Positions 47,209 through 57,355 are shown, counted from the first letter of the stretch. The stretch: DNA of 64,000 nt from Armatimonadota bacterium (GCA_046292385.1 JBKBRF010000011.1:49896-113895), one strand, 5' to 3'. A program made the numbers and translations. Notes: generated by a model from the letters alone, not told the origin.

Positions 47209-48047
47209 GCGTCCCCGCCAAGCCGACGCGGCGCAGCGCGTCCCCCGGCCGCTCGCTCCTGCTGGCGGGCGTGGCGCTCGTCTCCCTGCTGATGGCGGCG
47301 CCGCTCGTCTGGATGCTCCTCGGCTCCCTCCGCTCCAACGAGGAGATCCTGCGGGCGCCGTTCGCGCTGCCGGAGGCGTGGCGCTGGGGCCAGTGGAGCG
47401 AGGCGTGGGTGGAAGGGAACCTCTCCGCCTACGCCGTCAACAGCGGCGTCGTGACGGCGCTCTCGGTCACGCTGACCGTACTCCTCGGAGCCGCGGCCGC
47501 CTACCCGCTGGCGCGAGAGTCCGGCGCCACCCCACGGACGCTGCTGCTCTACCTGGTGGGGCTGGTGGTGCCGGCGCAGGCCGCCGTGGTGCCGCTCTTC
47601 CTGCTGCTGCGGTCGCTGCGCCTGCTCGACACCTGGTGGGCGCTGGTGCTGCCGTACGTGGCGTGGAACCTGCCGGTGGCGGTCTTCGTCTTCTACGGCT
47701 TCTTCCGGGGGCAGTCGACCGAGCCGGAAGAAGCAGCGCGCCTCGACGGCTGCGGTCCGCTGGCGATCTTCTGGCGCATCGCCCTGCCGATCGCCCGGCC
47801 TGCCGCGGGAGTGGTCGCCATCCTCACCGCGCTCGCCGTATGGAACGAGCTGCTCTTCGCCCTGCTCTTCGTCAGCAGCGAGAGCGCCCGCACCCTGCCG
47901 CTCGGCCTGCTCGCCTTCAGCAGCGCGCATACCACCGACTACGGCCTCACCTTCGCCGCGCTCAGTATGATGTCGCTCCCGCTGCTCGTCGCCTACGCCT
48001 TCGTGCAGCGGTGGCTGATCGAAGGCGCGGAGGTCACGCTGGCGTGA
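47205..48047 (+). CDS. sugar ABC transporter permease (MalG/UgpE-type)
   Basis: GTG start overlapping the upstream stop. EAA loop 'EEAARLDGCGPLAIFWRIALPIARPA'. Confidence 0.8.
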   Translation: MSVPAKPTRRSASPGRSLLLAGVALVSLLMAAPLVWMLLGSLRSNEEILRAPFALPEAWRWGQWSEAWVEGNLSAYAVNSGVVTALSVTLTVLLGAAAAYPLARESGATPRTLLLYLVGLVVPAQAAVVPLFLLLRSLRLLDTWWALVLPYVAWNLPVAVFVFYGFFRGQSTEPEEAARLDGCGPLAIFWRIALPIARPAAGVVAILTALAVWNELLFALLFVSSESARTLPLGLLAFSSAHTTDYGLTFAALSMMSLPLLVAYAFVQRWLIEGAEVTLA

Positions 48048-48069
48048 GTGGGAGACCCAGGACCTGACG

Positions 48070-48486
48070 ATGATCTCGATCCACGATCACCGCCTTCTCG
48101 CCTATCACGTGGACTGTGAGGCCCGGCAGATCACGCTCCGAACTATCTTCCAGGATGAAGAGCCGCACGAGAAGGCGCAGATCACCTTCACCGGGGTGCT
48201 CGCCTACCACTTCGAAGGGGACGCCTTCGGAACGATCCTCTTCGACATCACCGCCGTACCGCCGGCAGAGATCGTGGGTCAGTACGCCGAGCTCTTCGCG
48301 CGGCTGAAGAACTACGGCTGGCCGGGACCGACCTATCAGACCCCGGAAGAGCTGAACCAGCGTCTCGAGGGGTCAGGGGTGACTGGTTATCTGATCTATT
48401 CGTCGTGCGGGATGGATGGGTTCGTTCTCGCGAAGAGGATGGAGATTCGGGCTGCGGCAGCTGCTCCGAAGAGCACGAGGTGCTAG
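48070..48486 (+). CDS. hypothetical protein (138 aa), locally lower GC
   Basis: ORF only. No family recognised. Confidence 0.4.
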   Translation: MISIHDHRLLAYHVDCEARQITLRTIFQDEEPHEKAQITFTGVLAYHFEGDAFGTILFDITAVPPAEIVGQYAELFARLKNYGWPGPTYQTPEELNQRLEGSGVTGYLIYSSCGMDGFVLAKRMEIRAAAAAPKSTRC

Positions 48487-48491
48487 CGCCT

Positions 48492-49097
48492 ATGGGGGCA
48501 TCACGCTACATCCTCTTTCATCGGACGGAGGGCCACTGCGTCACCTGGCTGGTCCAGGCGACGGACCTGCGGGAGGCGCTGGTCCGCTTTCTCCTGGACG
48601 CCTGGGGGGACGCCGGCGAGCTTCTGCCCGACGGCTCGCTGGTGGATGACGATGGCCTCGGATGGCGGGTCGTCTACACGCACCCGCTGCAGGCGATTGA
48701 GGCAAATTACAAGATCTGCGAGGACTGGGAGATCCGGAGCCTGGACGAGCCGAGCCTGCAGGCGGAGGTCGCCGAGGTCTTCTGCAGCGCCGATCCGTCC
48801 GACCTCGACAAGCACATCTCGGCCGCGCGCCGGGCTCTTCGGGAGGCGCATCCGCGCAGCCGGGCACGGGCGTTCGTCTGGTACCTCCGGAGCGGCCCAC
48901 TCGTCACGTTCTACCGGCGCCCCCGGCGAGGTGCGGTGCTCGAAATCGTCGCCCGCTACCTGCTGCCATGGAAAGACTGGCCGAATGCGCGACCATGGAC
49001 CGGCAGCTACGACGACCTGCTCGGAGAGCTGTTCCTCGGCCCCGGAGAGCGGCACGGAGCCGCGGGAGCCCGCCATAGTGCGGAGCCTCACCCGTAG
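48492..49097 (+). CDS. hypothetical protein (201 aa)
   Basis: ORF 5 nt after the previous stop. No family recognised. Confidence 0.4.
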   Translation: MGASRYILFHRTEGHCVTWLVQATDLREALVRFLLDAWGDAGELLPDGSLVDDDGLGWRVVYTHPLQAIEANYKICEDWEIRSLDEPSLQAEVAEVFCSADPSDLDKHISAARRALREAHPRSRARAFVWYLRSGPLVTFYRRPRRGAVLEIVARYLLPWKDWPNARPWTGSYDDLLGELFLGPGERHGAAGARHSAEPHP

Positions 49098-49123
49098 ATT
49101 TCGGGCAAGTCGTGCGGCTTCTG

Positions 49124-49216
49124 AGTATGAGTAAAGGAGAACGAGTAGGAGTAGGAACGTGGGTTCGGAGGGCTGCCCATCCCCACCATCCCCGTTCCCC
49201 ATCTCCATATCTCCTG
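49124..49216. repeat. repeat family D copy 2 (gtaaaggagaacgagtaggagtaggaacgtgggttcggag, then a CT-rich block)
   Basis: Matches 18222-18327. Confidence 0.55.
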
Positions 49217-49226
49217 AGGATCCAGC

Positions 49227-49865
49227 ATGCCCGTTACCTACGATCAGATTACCGAGTACCACCAGCAGCTTTCCGCGCACCAGGACCCGGTGCTGCTCCG
49301 CATGGAAGAAGAGGCGCGGCGGGACCAGTTCCCGATCATCGGGCCGGCTTCCGGAAAGATGTGCTACCTCCTCGCGCGCGCTATCGGGGCCCGCAAGGTG
49401 TTCGAGCTGGGATCCGGCTACGGCTACAGCACCCTCTGGTTCGCCCGGGCCGTGCGGGAGAACGGCGGGGGGACCGTCCACCACACCGTCTGGGACGAAG
49501 AGCTGCAGCGCCGGGCGAAGGCGAACGTGGAGGAGGCCGGCTATTCCGACCTGGTCCGCTTCCACCTGGGCGAGGCGGTGCAGACGCTGCGGGAGACCGA
49601 CGACACGTTCGACATCGTCTTCAACGACATCGATAAGGACGGCTATCCCGCCAGCTTGCCGGTGATGAAGCAAAAGCTGCGGGTCGGCGGCCTGATCATC
49701 ATCGACAACATGCTCTGGCACGGGCGCATCTTCGACCCCGAGGACCGAGACGCCACGACGGCAGGAGTGCGCGAGTTCACGCGCCTCCTGCAGGAAGATC
49801 CCGACTTCGTCTTCCAGCTCATCCCGGTCCGCGACGGGATCATCACGGCACTCCGCGTGAGCTGA
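49227..49865 (+). CDS. class I SAM-dependent O-methyltransferase (caffeoyl-CoA OMT-like)
   Basis: '[16 protein letters not shown]' SAM-binding motif I and '[14 protein letters not shown]'. Confidence 0.75.
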   Translation: MPVTYDQITEYHQQLSAHQDPVLLRMEEEARRDQFPIIGPASGKMCYLLARAIGARKVFELGSGYGYSTLWFARAVRENGGGTVHHTVWDEELQRRAKANVEEAGYSDLVRFHLGEAVQTLRETDDTFDIVFNDIDKDGYPASLPVMKQKLRVGGLIIIDNMLWHGRIFDPEDRDATTAGVREFTRLLQEDPDFVFQLIPVRDGIITALRVS

Positions 49866-49936
49866 GCCGATCGACGGGGCGCCGTGGCGGGGCCGGCGGC
49901 GCCCCTCGCTTGCTCGGGCGGATACAATTCCTCACC

Positions 49937-50524
49937 ATGCCACGCACCGCCGAAATCGAGCGCTCCACCGCCGAGACTCAGATCAGCCTCTCGCTGGACC
50001 TGGACGGCTCCGGGAAGGCCGACGTCCAGACCGGAGTCGGCTTTCTGGACCACATGCTGACCCTCTTCGCCCGCCACGGGCTGCTCGACCTGACGGTCCG
50101 CTGCCAGGGCGACCTCCACGTGGACCAGCACCACACCGTCGAGGACGTCGGCATCTGCCTGGGGATGGCGATCGCGCGCGCCGTCGGGGACAAGAAGGGG
50201 ATCGTCCGCTACGGCACCTTCACCGTGCCGATGGACGAGACGCTGGTGATGGCGAGTCTCGACCTGAGCGGGCGCGCCTTCCTGGTCTGCAACCTCGACG
50301 TGAAGAACCGCAAGATCGGCGAGTTCGACGCGGAGCTCACGCCGGAGTTCTTCCGCGCCGTGGCCGGCAACGCGCTGCTGACGCTGCACGTACACCAGTT
50401 CCACGGCGAGAACGCCCACCATATCGTTGAGGCCGCCTTCAAGGCGTTCGGCCGCGCTCTCGACGCGGCGACCCTTATCGACGAGCGCCAGCCCGGCATC
50501 CCGAGCACCAAAGGCGTGCTCTGA
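49937..50524 (+). CDS. hisB: imidazoleglycerol-phosphate dehydratase
   Basis: '[15 protein letters not shown]' ... '[14 protein letters not shown]' ... '[19 protein letters not shown]'. Confidence 0.9.
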   Translation: MPRTAEIERSTAETQISLSLDLDGSGKADVQTGVGFLDHMLTLFARHGLLDLTVRCQGDLHVDQHHTVEDVGICLGMAIARAVGDKKGIVRYGTFTVPMDETLVMASLDLSGRAFLVCNLDVKNRKIGEFDAELTPEFFRAVAGNALLTLHVHQFHGENAHHIVEAAFKAFGRALDAATLIDERQPGIPSTKGVL

Positions 50525-50586
50525 CGTTGCGAGTCACCACCCTCCGAGCGGACGCGGGCACCCCGTCCTGCAGCCCGCACACCACC

Positions 50587-51600
50587 ATGAGCAGCTCCAC
50601 GACCCCACCGCTGCACGTTCGACTCCATCGCCGCGCCTTTACCCGGTGGGCCGCCGGCGGCCTGCTGGTCTCACTCGGGGCCGGGGTGTCCGCGCAGCCG
50701 GCGAAGAAGCCCCGGCTCGAGTTTGCCGAGACGGCCGGGGTCTACCGGATCGCCTTCCACCCGGCGGGCGACCTGCTGGCAGTAGCGGTACAGGATGGAC
50801 CGCTGGACCTCTGGGATCTCCGGACCGGCCAGCGCCGCGCACGGCTCCAGGCTGCCCAGAACCCGATCCCCAACTCGCTCGCGTTCAGCCCGGACGGCGC
50901 GACGCTGGTCAGCGGGATGGGAGACGGCGCGATCCTGGTCTGGGACGTGGCTTCCGGAAGTAAGAAGCACACGCTCCGGGGCGACGGCCTCGCGGTGGAG
51001 GCGGTCGCCGTCAGCCCAAACAACGGCATTCTCCGCGCCTCCGCCCTCTCGGGAGTGCGGCAGTGGGATCTCGCCGCCGGCCGGGAGCTTCCGGAGATCC
51101 CCATCGCCTCGGATGGCGGCACCACCCTCCCGGTCGTCCTCTCCGCGCGCGGGACGGTGCTGGCGGCGGTGGGGCTGGACCACAGCATCCGTGTCTGGCA
51201 CCTGGCCGCCGGGAAGCCACGCGCGCTGACCCTGAAAGGTCACACCCAGCTCGTCAGCAAGCTGGCGTTCACCCCGGACGGAAAGATCCTGGTCTCCGGC
51301 GGCCAGGACGACCAGATCCGGGTGTGGGACACCGCCACCGGACGTCCCCTTCCCCTGAAGAGCAAGGCCGGCTTTATCGGAGACGTGGCAATCTCGCCGG
51401 ACGGGCGCACCGCGGCATCCGGGACGTTCTCGGGCTCACAGGTCACGCTGTGGGACCTCGCTACCAACCGGGTGGTCGCCACGCTCCCCGGCGCCGATCC
51501 GGACCGCAGCGTCCTCGCGCTGGCATTTTCCGCCGACGGCCGCACCCTCGCCGTTGGGGAAGGCGATCGCATCCGCGTCTGGGACGTTCCGCAGCGCTAA
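50587..51600 (+). CDS. secreted WD40-repeat protein
   Basis: Tat-like signal followed by repeated 'LAFSPDG..LVSG..DG.I.VWD' blades. Confidence 0.75.
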   Translation: MSSSTTPPLHVRLHRRAFTRWAAGGLLVSLGAGVSAQPAKKPRLEFAETAGVYRIAFHPAGDLLAVAVQDGPLDLWDLRTGQRRARLQAAQNPIPNSLAFSPDGATLVSGMGDGAILVWDVASGSKKHTLRGDGLAVEAVAVSPNNGILRASALSGVRQWDLAAGRELPEIPIASDGGTTLPVVLSARGTVLAAVGLDHSIRVWHLAAGKPRALTLKGHTQLVSKLAFTPDGKILVSGGQDDQIRVWDTATGRPLPLKSKAGFIGDVAISPDGRTAASGTFSGSQVTLWDLATNRVVATLPGADPDRSVLALAFSADGRTLAVGEGDRIRVWDVPQR

Positions 51601-51620
51601 GGGGTACGCTGGAGTGATTG

Positions 51621-51696
51621 GCCGCTGTAGCCTCGGACTGAAGTCGAGGCTACAGCGAGCGAAGTCCGCCTGCGCGGGCTCAGACGTGCCGGCTCG
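51621..51696. repeat. repeat family C copy 2 (reverse orientation), including the hairpin ctgtagcctcg-gactgaagt-cgaggctacag
   Basis: About 90% identical to 6562-6622 on the opposite strand. Lies 21 nt after the WD40 stop. Confidence 0.6.
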
Positions 51697-51927
51697 AAAA
51701 GCTGGCGTTACTTACTCCCCACCCCCTTTGGGGGGGTGTGCGCCTGACTCGAAAACGCGGCGGCGGGTGAATTAGCGGGCAAAGCGGGATGTCTTAAGGG
51801 CAGAGAAATGAGTGCGGAGGGCGGGATTCAAAAGCTCGCGTGAGCGGCGCGGCCGGTCCTCCGCCCTCTGCACTCCGTCCTGATTTCATCCCCACATCCC
51901 CCTTATCCCCCTTCTTACACCAGCAGC

Positions 51928-52698
51928 CTACCGCACGGTGATCGGGGCGGTGGCTTCGGCGACGCGGCCGCGGTCCTGAGACGGGATCCAGGCGCGCACG
52001 GTATAGCGGCCGGTCGGAACGCGCATGCCCTCGTTGTTGCGGACGTTCCAGTTCACCCCGTAGGTGTGCGCTTCCCCCGGACGAAAGACGGTGCTGGTGA
52101 GCGCCTGGGTAAAGAGGCGGCCATTGCCCCACCGCCAGACGGAGCGGCCGTCGCGCAGCACTTCGAAGTCGTACGCCTGACCGCTGGTGCGCGGGATCTC
52201 GAGGGTGCGCTCCGTCGGGTTGGTGATCGTGAAGGTGAGCGTCACGCTGCCGTTTTGAGTCACCGAGGTATCGGATAGCTCCAGCTCAGCGCGGAGCGGG
52301 GTTTCATTCGGCTCCTCATCATCCGGCCGGGCCGGGACCGGAGCGCCGGGTCGCGCGGGACGGACCGGGGCCGGGGTGCCGGGCTGGTTTACCTCGATCT
52401 CCACCCGGACGATATTCGCGCCGGTAATGCCGCCCTGCTCTCCGGTGATCTCCCGCACCCGGTAGCGGACCATCCGGTCGGCGCCGGGAAGCGCCCGCAG
52501 CGCCCGCGCCACCGCGGCGTCGAGCGCCTCCTGCACGCTCCCCTGGCGCGAGACTCCCTCGTAGACCCGAATCGTTTCCGTGCGGCCGGCCGGGGCCGGC
52601 TGGAGATCTCGCGCCACCTGCGCTCCCGAAATAGCGCCGACCAGCAGCAGGAGCAGCCCTGCCGAGACGGTGACTGGGACGGTGAATGAGCGTCGCAT
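51928..52698 (-). CDS. hypothetical secreted protein, with a C-terminal beta-sandwich possibly BsuPI-like
   Basis: Signal peptide 'MRRSFTVPVTVSAGLLLLLVGA'. C-terminal 'YDFEVLRDGRSVWRWGNGRLFTQALTSTVFRPGEAHTY'. Confidence 0.4.
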   Translation of the reverse strand: MRRSFTVPVTVSAGLLLLLVGAISGAQVARDLQPAPAGRTETIRVYEGVSRQGSVQEALDAAVARALRALPGADRMVRYRVREITGEQGGITGANIVRVEIEVNQPGTPAPVRPARPGAPVPARPDDEEPNETPLRAELELSDTSVTQNGSVTLTFTITNPTERTLEIPRTSGQAYDFEVLRDGRSVWRWGNGRLFTQALTSTVFRPGEAHTYGVNWNVRNNEGMRVPTGRYTVRAWIPSQDRGRVAEATAPITVR

Positions 52699-52842
52699 GG
52701 CAAAATGGCTCCCTGGGGTAGTACGCAAGGTCTACCCCCGCGGCAGGGGGCCAAAACGGCGGTCGAGCGCAGAGCGGGCAACGGCCCCGGGGACCCGAGC
52801 CGCGAGTACTCCGTCAGTCCGGGATCGACGGGTGACCTTGGC

Positions 52843-52927
52843 AAGGGAGAGTGGGCGAGAGGGCGAGCTTGAGAAGCGGCTTACGAGCGCGGCTCTCCCA
52901 CTCCCCCACTCTCCCTTGCTCCCACTC
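52843..52927. repeat. repeat family E copy 1: GA-rich/CT-rich hairpin (caagggagagtgggcgagagggcgagc ... gctctcccactcccccactctcccttg)
   Basis: Imperfect inverted repeat. The 'gctctcccactcccccactc' block is shared with 59745-59813. Confidence 0.45.
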
Positions 52928-52956
52928 AGTCCTGGGAGAAGTAGCTGGACACACAG

Positions 52957-54306
52957 CTAGGCGGGACTGGCGTGGGTCCCGGCGTCCGCGGAGGCAGGGA
53001 CCTTGCCGTCCAGGAGACAGCTCACGTTGGTGTCCCCCATCACGTTGATGGCGGTGCGGCAGCGGTCGAGGAACCAGTCCACCGTGATGAGCAGCGCGAT
53101 GTACTCGGTCGGCAGCCCCACCGCGGTGAAGACCATCGTCATCGTCACCAGCCCCGCTTCCGGAATGCCGGCGGCGCCGACGGAGGCGACGACGGAAGTC
53201 AGCACCACCAGGAGTTGCTGCCAGAAGCTCAGCTCGATCCCGAGCATCTGGGAGATGAACAGCGCCGACATCGCCTCGTAGAGCGCGGTGCCGTCGTTGT
53301 TGAAGTTGGCGCCCACCAGGGCGCCCAGGCTCGCGGAGCGGTCCCGCAGCCCCACCCGGTCCACCAGGCAGGAGTAGGTCACCGGCATGGTCGCGGTGGA
53401 GCTGGCGGTCGAGAACGCCATCACCAGCGCGTCCCGCGTTCCCCGCAGCAGCTCTCCCGGCCGGACCCACGAGCGCAGCCGGACGCGGACCAGGTAGTAC
53501 GCCGCCTGGAGGACCAGCGCCAGCAGCACCGCGCCGATGAACGCGGCGAGCGCGCCGAACGGGGCGAAGCCTTCCTTTGCCACCACTCCGGCCACGACGC
53601 CGAAGACGCCGATCGGCACGAGATCGATCACCCAGTGCAGGATCTTCAGCAGGGTATCGAAGGCGATCTCGATGAAGTCTTCGAGAGTATTGAGCGGACG
53701 CCGCCGCGAGCTCCGCAGCGCGATTCCGAAGGCGACGGCGATAATGATGACGCCGATCACCTTGTTGTTGTCGACCAGCGGACGCAGCAGGTTGTCCGGA
53801 ACGTTGTCCAGGAACTGCGCGACCGGATCGGAGGCCGCCGGCGCCTTGATGCCGTTGTCCTTCAGGATCTGCATCACCTGCGGCGCCAGCGGATCCTGCG
53901 AGCGGTTCGCCACCGGCGGCGGCTTGGGCGCATCCAGCTTGGCCAGCGTGCCGGGCCGCACCAGGTTCGCCACCGCCAACCCGATGCAGATCGCCACGAG
54001 CGTGTTCAGGACGAGCAGGTAGGCGAGCCGGCCGACCGACCCACTGCCCAGCTCGGCCGTCATGAGCGCCCGGATGATCGCAATCAGGATCAGCGGCGGC
54101 GCCAGCGCCCGCAGGAGGCGGAGGATCAGGTCGCTGACCACCTGGAGCCACTCGACCTGGGGCCCGAAGGCTGCCCCCACCGCCGTCCCCAGCAGCAGCC
54201 CCGCGAGGATGCGCAGGTAGAGCGGCGCATGGTGCCACCGGGCGAACAGGCCCCGCTGCGGCTCTCCAGGCTCATGCTCCACGGCGGACGGCTGGTGCGG
54301 CATCAC
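52957..54306 (-). CDS. dicarboxylate/amino acid:cation symporter (DAACS family, GltP/DctA-like)
   Basis: 'TSVVASVGAAGIPEAGLVTM' ... 'DWFLDRCRTAINVMGD' are DAACS motifs. Confidence 0.8.
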   Translation of the reverse strand: MMPHQPSAVEHEPGEPQRGLFARWHHAPLYLRILAGLLLGTAVGAAFGPQVEWLQVVSDLILRLLRALAPPLILIAIIRALMTAELGSGSVGRLAYLLVLNTLVAICIGLAVANLVRPGTLAKLDAPKPPPVANRSQDPLAPQVMQILKDNGIKAPAASDPVAQFLDNVPDNLLRPLVDNNKVIGVIIIAVAFGIALRSSRRRPLNTLEDFIEIAFDTLLKILHWVIDLVPIGVFGVVAGVVAKEGFAPFGALAAFIGAVLLALVLQAAYYLVRVRLRSWVRPGELLRGTRDALVMAFSTASSTATMPVTYSCLVDRVGLRDRSASLGALVGANFNNDGTALYEAMSALFISQMLGIELSFWQQLLVVLTSVVASVGAAGIPEAGLVTMTMVFTAVGLPTEYIALLITVDWFLDRCRTAINVMGDTNVSCLLDGKVPASADAGTHASPA

Positions 54307-54370
54307 GGCGGGCCGAGCTCCTGTTCTGTCGGAATCGCCTCGGGGGGGAGACCGTCCCGGTCGCTCCCGG

Positions 54371-55549
54371 CTACTGCTGCTCGAAGAGGAAGACGCCTTT
54401 CTTGTTGGAGATCACGAGGTCCGGGCGGCGGTCCCGGTTCATGTCGATCGCGGTGAATTGTGTGCCGACGCCCGAGTCGCGGTCGATCTCGTGGCGCGTC
54501 CACTCGACCTTGCCGTCCTTCCGCCGGAACTCGAACCAGTAGAGCACGGCGGGGTCGTTCGGGTTCACGTCGCCGTTCGGGCCGTGGGCCCACCAGCGCT
54601 TTCCGGTCACGAAGTCCGGCTGGCGGTCGCCGTTGATGTCGACCATCTGCACGGAGTGCGACTGTGAGAAGGTGTCGTCGATCGTGTGCTGTACGAACTC
54701 CGGCCCGTTGGCGCCCTGCCGCTGCTCGTACCACCAGACGCCGATGGCGTGGGCAGAGCTGCTGAAGACGTCCATGTCGCCGTCGCCGTCGAAGTCATAG
54801 GTGTACATCGTGGCGCAGTCCGGTCCCAGCTTGGCGGGGACGAACTTCCAGCGCTCGGCGCTCCGGTCGGCCGGCTGCTCGTAATAGCCGTCTTTACAGA
54901 GGATGTCCGGCCGCTTGTCGCCGTTGACGTCTCCCACCCCGAGCCCGTGGGAGAAGCGGTTGCAGCCGGGCTCCTTCAGCCCGCCGATCAGGTGCTGCTG
55001 CCAGCCGCTCTGCGGGGTGCTGCCGGGGCGATAGAACGCCATCCGCTCTTCCTTGAACGGAGAGACGAGCTCCGGCTTGCGGTCGCCGTCCAGGTCGGCC
55101 CAGATCGGCGTCTCGTTGCAGGCGCTCTCGGTGACCAGGTGCTCGGTCCACTCGCCGCCGCTCTTGCCGGGATTGCGGAACCAGACCGACTTCTCCCCCG
55201 GGAAGCCGACCACCAGCTGGTCCGCCCATCCGTCGCGGTCGAAGTCGCCGGCGAACGAGAGGAAGCAGTTGCTGTAGCCGGTCGCCGGCTCGAACTTCTG
55301 CGGCGGGCGGATCTCGTGGCGCTTCCAGTCCGGCGCCTCGTACCAGACGTTGCCGGCGAAGATATCGAGCTTGTCGTCCCGGTTGATGTCCGCCGCCGAG
55401 GCGCCTTCCGCGCGGAACTCGGTATCCAGGACCGTCTTCTTCCACCGCACCTCCTTCGGCGCCGTGCCGGCGGAAATGGCGGGGAGCGCCGCGGCCACCG
55501 CGGCGACAGCGAAGGGAAGGAGCAGGGAGCCGGTAGGGAGACGAGACAT
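54371..55549 (-). CDS. secreted FG-GAP/VCBS-repeat beta-propeller protein
   Basis: Seven 'D.N.D...D.' calcium-binding-loop repeats such as 'DINRDDKLDIF', 'DFDRDGWADQL', 'DVNGDKRPDIL', 'DFDGDGDMDVF' and 'DINGDRQPDFV'. Confidence 0.65.
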   Translation of the reverse strand: MSRLPTGSLLLPFAVAAVAAALPAISAGTAPKEVRWKKTVLDTEFRAEGASAADINRDDKLDIFAGNVWYEAPDWKRHEIRPPQKFEPATGYSNCFLSFAGDFDRDGWADQLVVGFPGEKSVWFRNPGKSGGEWTEHLVTESACNETPIWADLDGDRKPELVSPFKEERMAFYRPGSTPQSGWQQHLIGGLKEPGCNRFSHGLGVGDVNGDKRPDILCKDGYYEQPADRSAERWKFVPAKLGPDCATMYTYDFDGDGDMDVFSSSAHAIGVWWYEQRQGANGPEFVQHTIDDTFSQSHSVQMVDINGDRQPDFVTGKRWWAHGPNGDVNPNDPAVLYWFEFRRKDGKVEWTRHEIDRDSGVGTQFTAIDMNRDRRPDLVISNKKGVFLFEQQ

Positions 55550-55721
55550 GGACGAGGACCTCTACGCGCGGTGTCCCGCGGAGACGACGACCGCGGACAG
55601 GTGGTAGTTGGGTCCGGGGCGGCCGGTTCCCTTCCCTGCCTCGCTCCGGGGGCGCTCTGGATCGGCCCGTACATGCAAAAGCGGACGGCACCGGAGTGCC
55701 GTCCGTCCACGCGTTCTCTAG

Positions 55722-55795
55722 TAGCGGGGGAGGGGCTCGAACCCTCGACCTTGGGGTTATGAATCCCACGCTCTGACCAGCTGAGCTACCCCGCC
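55722..55795 (-). tRNA. tRNA-Met (anticodon CAT; elongator type or tRNA-Ile2)
   Basis: Reverse complement GGCGGGGTAGCTCAGCTGGTCAGAGCGTGGGATTCATAACCCCAAGGTCGAGGGTTCGAGCCCCTCCCCCGCTA. Perfect D- and T-arms. Anticodon loop is TTCATAA. Confidence 0.75.
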
Positions 55796-55966
55796 GCGCC
55801 TGCGTATTATGCCAGCGGCCTCAGGACGTGTCAATACCGTCGTCCGGTTCCGACGACAGCGTTGGCGGCGCTCATCCGGTTGCCTCCAGAGCGAGGTTCG
55901 AAGAGGTCGGCGCAACCACGGCGGGTGAGGTGCGTCACAGTGAGGGAGGCTCCTGCGGAGGACGGC

Positions 55967-57349
55967 ATGCTGAACCGGCGCGACGCGATGGTCCGGCTCG
56001 GGCAGGTGGGGTTGAGCGGGCTCACCCTGCCGGCGCTGCTGCGCGCGGAGCGGGCGGTGGCGGCTCCGTCCGGTCCGGCGCCGCGGGCGAAGGCGTGCAT
56101 CCTGATCTTCCTCTGGGGCGGGCCGCCGCAGCAGGACATGTTCGACATGAAGCCGGACGCGCCGGAAGGGATTCGCAGCGCGTTCCAGCCGATCAAGACG
56201 AACGTGCCCGGCCTCGAGATCTGCGACCAGATGCCGCTTCTGGCGCAGCAGGCGGATAAGCTGGCGATCATCCGCTCGATGACCCACGAGAGCGACGTGC
56301 ACGAGCCGTCGGTCTACCGGGTGCTCACCGGGCAGGTCGACCCCACCCAGGTAATCCCGCGGAACAACCGCACGAGGGCGCACTTCCCCGGCCCGGGCGC
56401 CATCGTCTCCCAGTTCCTCGGCTGCGCCTCCGCGCCGGCGAGCGTGACGCTGCCGCGGCCGGTGATGCACGACGGCGTGAAGTACTCCGGCACGCACGCC
56501 GGCTTCCTCGGCGCGGCGCACGACCCGCTGGAGCTGCCCGACTCCGGCTTCGCGGACGGCCGCCCGGTCTTCGACCTCGGCCTCCCCTCCGGCGTCGACG
56601 CGGAGCGACTGGTGCGCCGCCGCGGGCTGCTCCACCTGATCGAGGCGCAGCAGCGGTCGCTCGACCAGCATGGCGCGGTCCAGGGCATCGACGCCTTCCG
56701 CGAGCGGGCGTTCAGCCTGATGTCCTCCCCGGAAGCGAAGGGGGCGTTCAACCTGGACCGCGAGACGGCGGCGATGCGCGACCGGTACGGCCGCAACCAC
56801 TACGGCGAGAGCTTCCTCCTCGCCCGGCGGTTGATCGAGGCGGGCGTGCGGATGGTGACCCTCAACTGGATGTTCTTCCGGCCGGACGGAAACCCGCTCA
56901 ACCCGTGGGACAACCACGGCGGCACGCCGGCGCTCGGGAACCTGGGCGGCTTCGACATGCTGAAGGCGGACTACTGCATCCCGCCGCTCGACCGCGCCTA
57001 CTCCGCGCTCCTCGCCGACCTGGCGGACCGCGGCCTGCTCTCCGAGACGCTGGTGGTAACGACCGGCGAGTTCGGGCGCACGCCGAAGATCAACGACAAG
57101 CAGGGGCGGGAGCACTGGGGGCACTGCTACTCCGCCCTCGTCTCCGGGGGCGGTGTCCGCGGCGGGCAGGTCTACGGCGCCAGCGACGAGCACGCCGCCT
57201 ACCCCGCGGACCAGCCGGTACGGCCGGAAGACCTGCTGGCGACCATGTACCACGCCCTCGGCATTCCGCCGGAAGGCGAAATCCGGGACGGCACCGGTCG
57301 CCCCCACCGGTTCTGCACCGGCACCCCCGTCACGGCGCTGTTCGGATAA
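55967..57349 (+). CDS. DUF1501 domain protein (sulfatase-like fold, Tat signal)
   Basis: 'MLNRRDAMVRLGQVGLSGLTLPALL' Tat signal and the 'TGEFGRTP' motif. Confidence 0.75.
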   Translation: MLNRRDAMVRLGQVGLSGLTLPALLRAERAVAAPSGPAPRAKACILIFLWGGPPQQDMFDMKPDAPEGIRSAFQPIKTNVPGLEICDQMPLLAQQADKLAIIRSMTHESDVHEPSVYRVLTGQVDPTQVIPRNNRTRAHFPGPGAIVSQFLGCASAPASVTLPRPVMHDGVKYSGTHAGFLGAAHDPLELPDSGFADGRPVFDLGLPSGVDAERLVRRRGLLHLIEAQQRSLDQHGAVQGIDAFRERAFSLMSSPEAKGAFNLDRETAAMRDRYGRNHYGESFLLARRLIEAGVRMVTLNWMFFRPDGNPLNPWDNHGGTPALGNLGGFDMLKADYCIPPLDRAYSALLADLADRGLLSETLVVTTGEFGRTPKINDKQGREHWGHCYSALVSGGGVRGGQVYGASDEHAAYPADQPVRPEDLLATMYHALGIPPEGEIRDGTGRPHRFCTGTPVTALFG

Positions 57350-57355
57350 GCTCCC

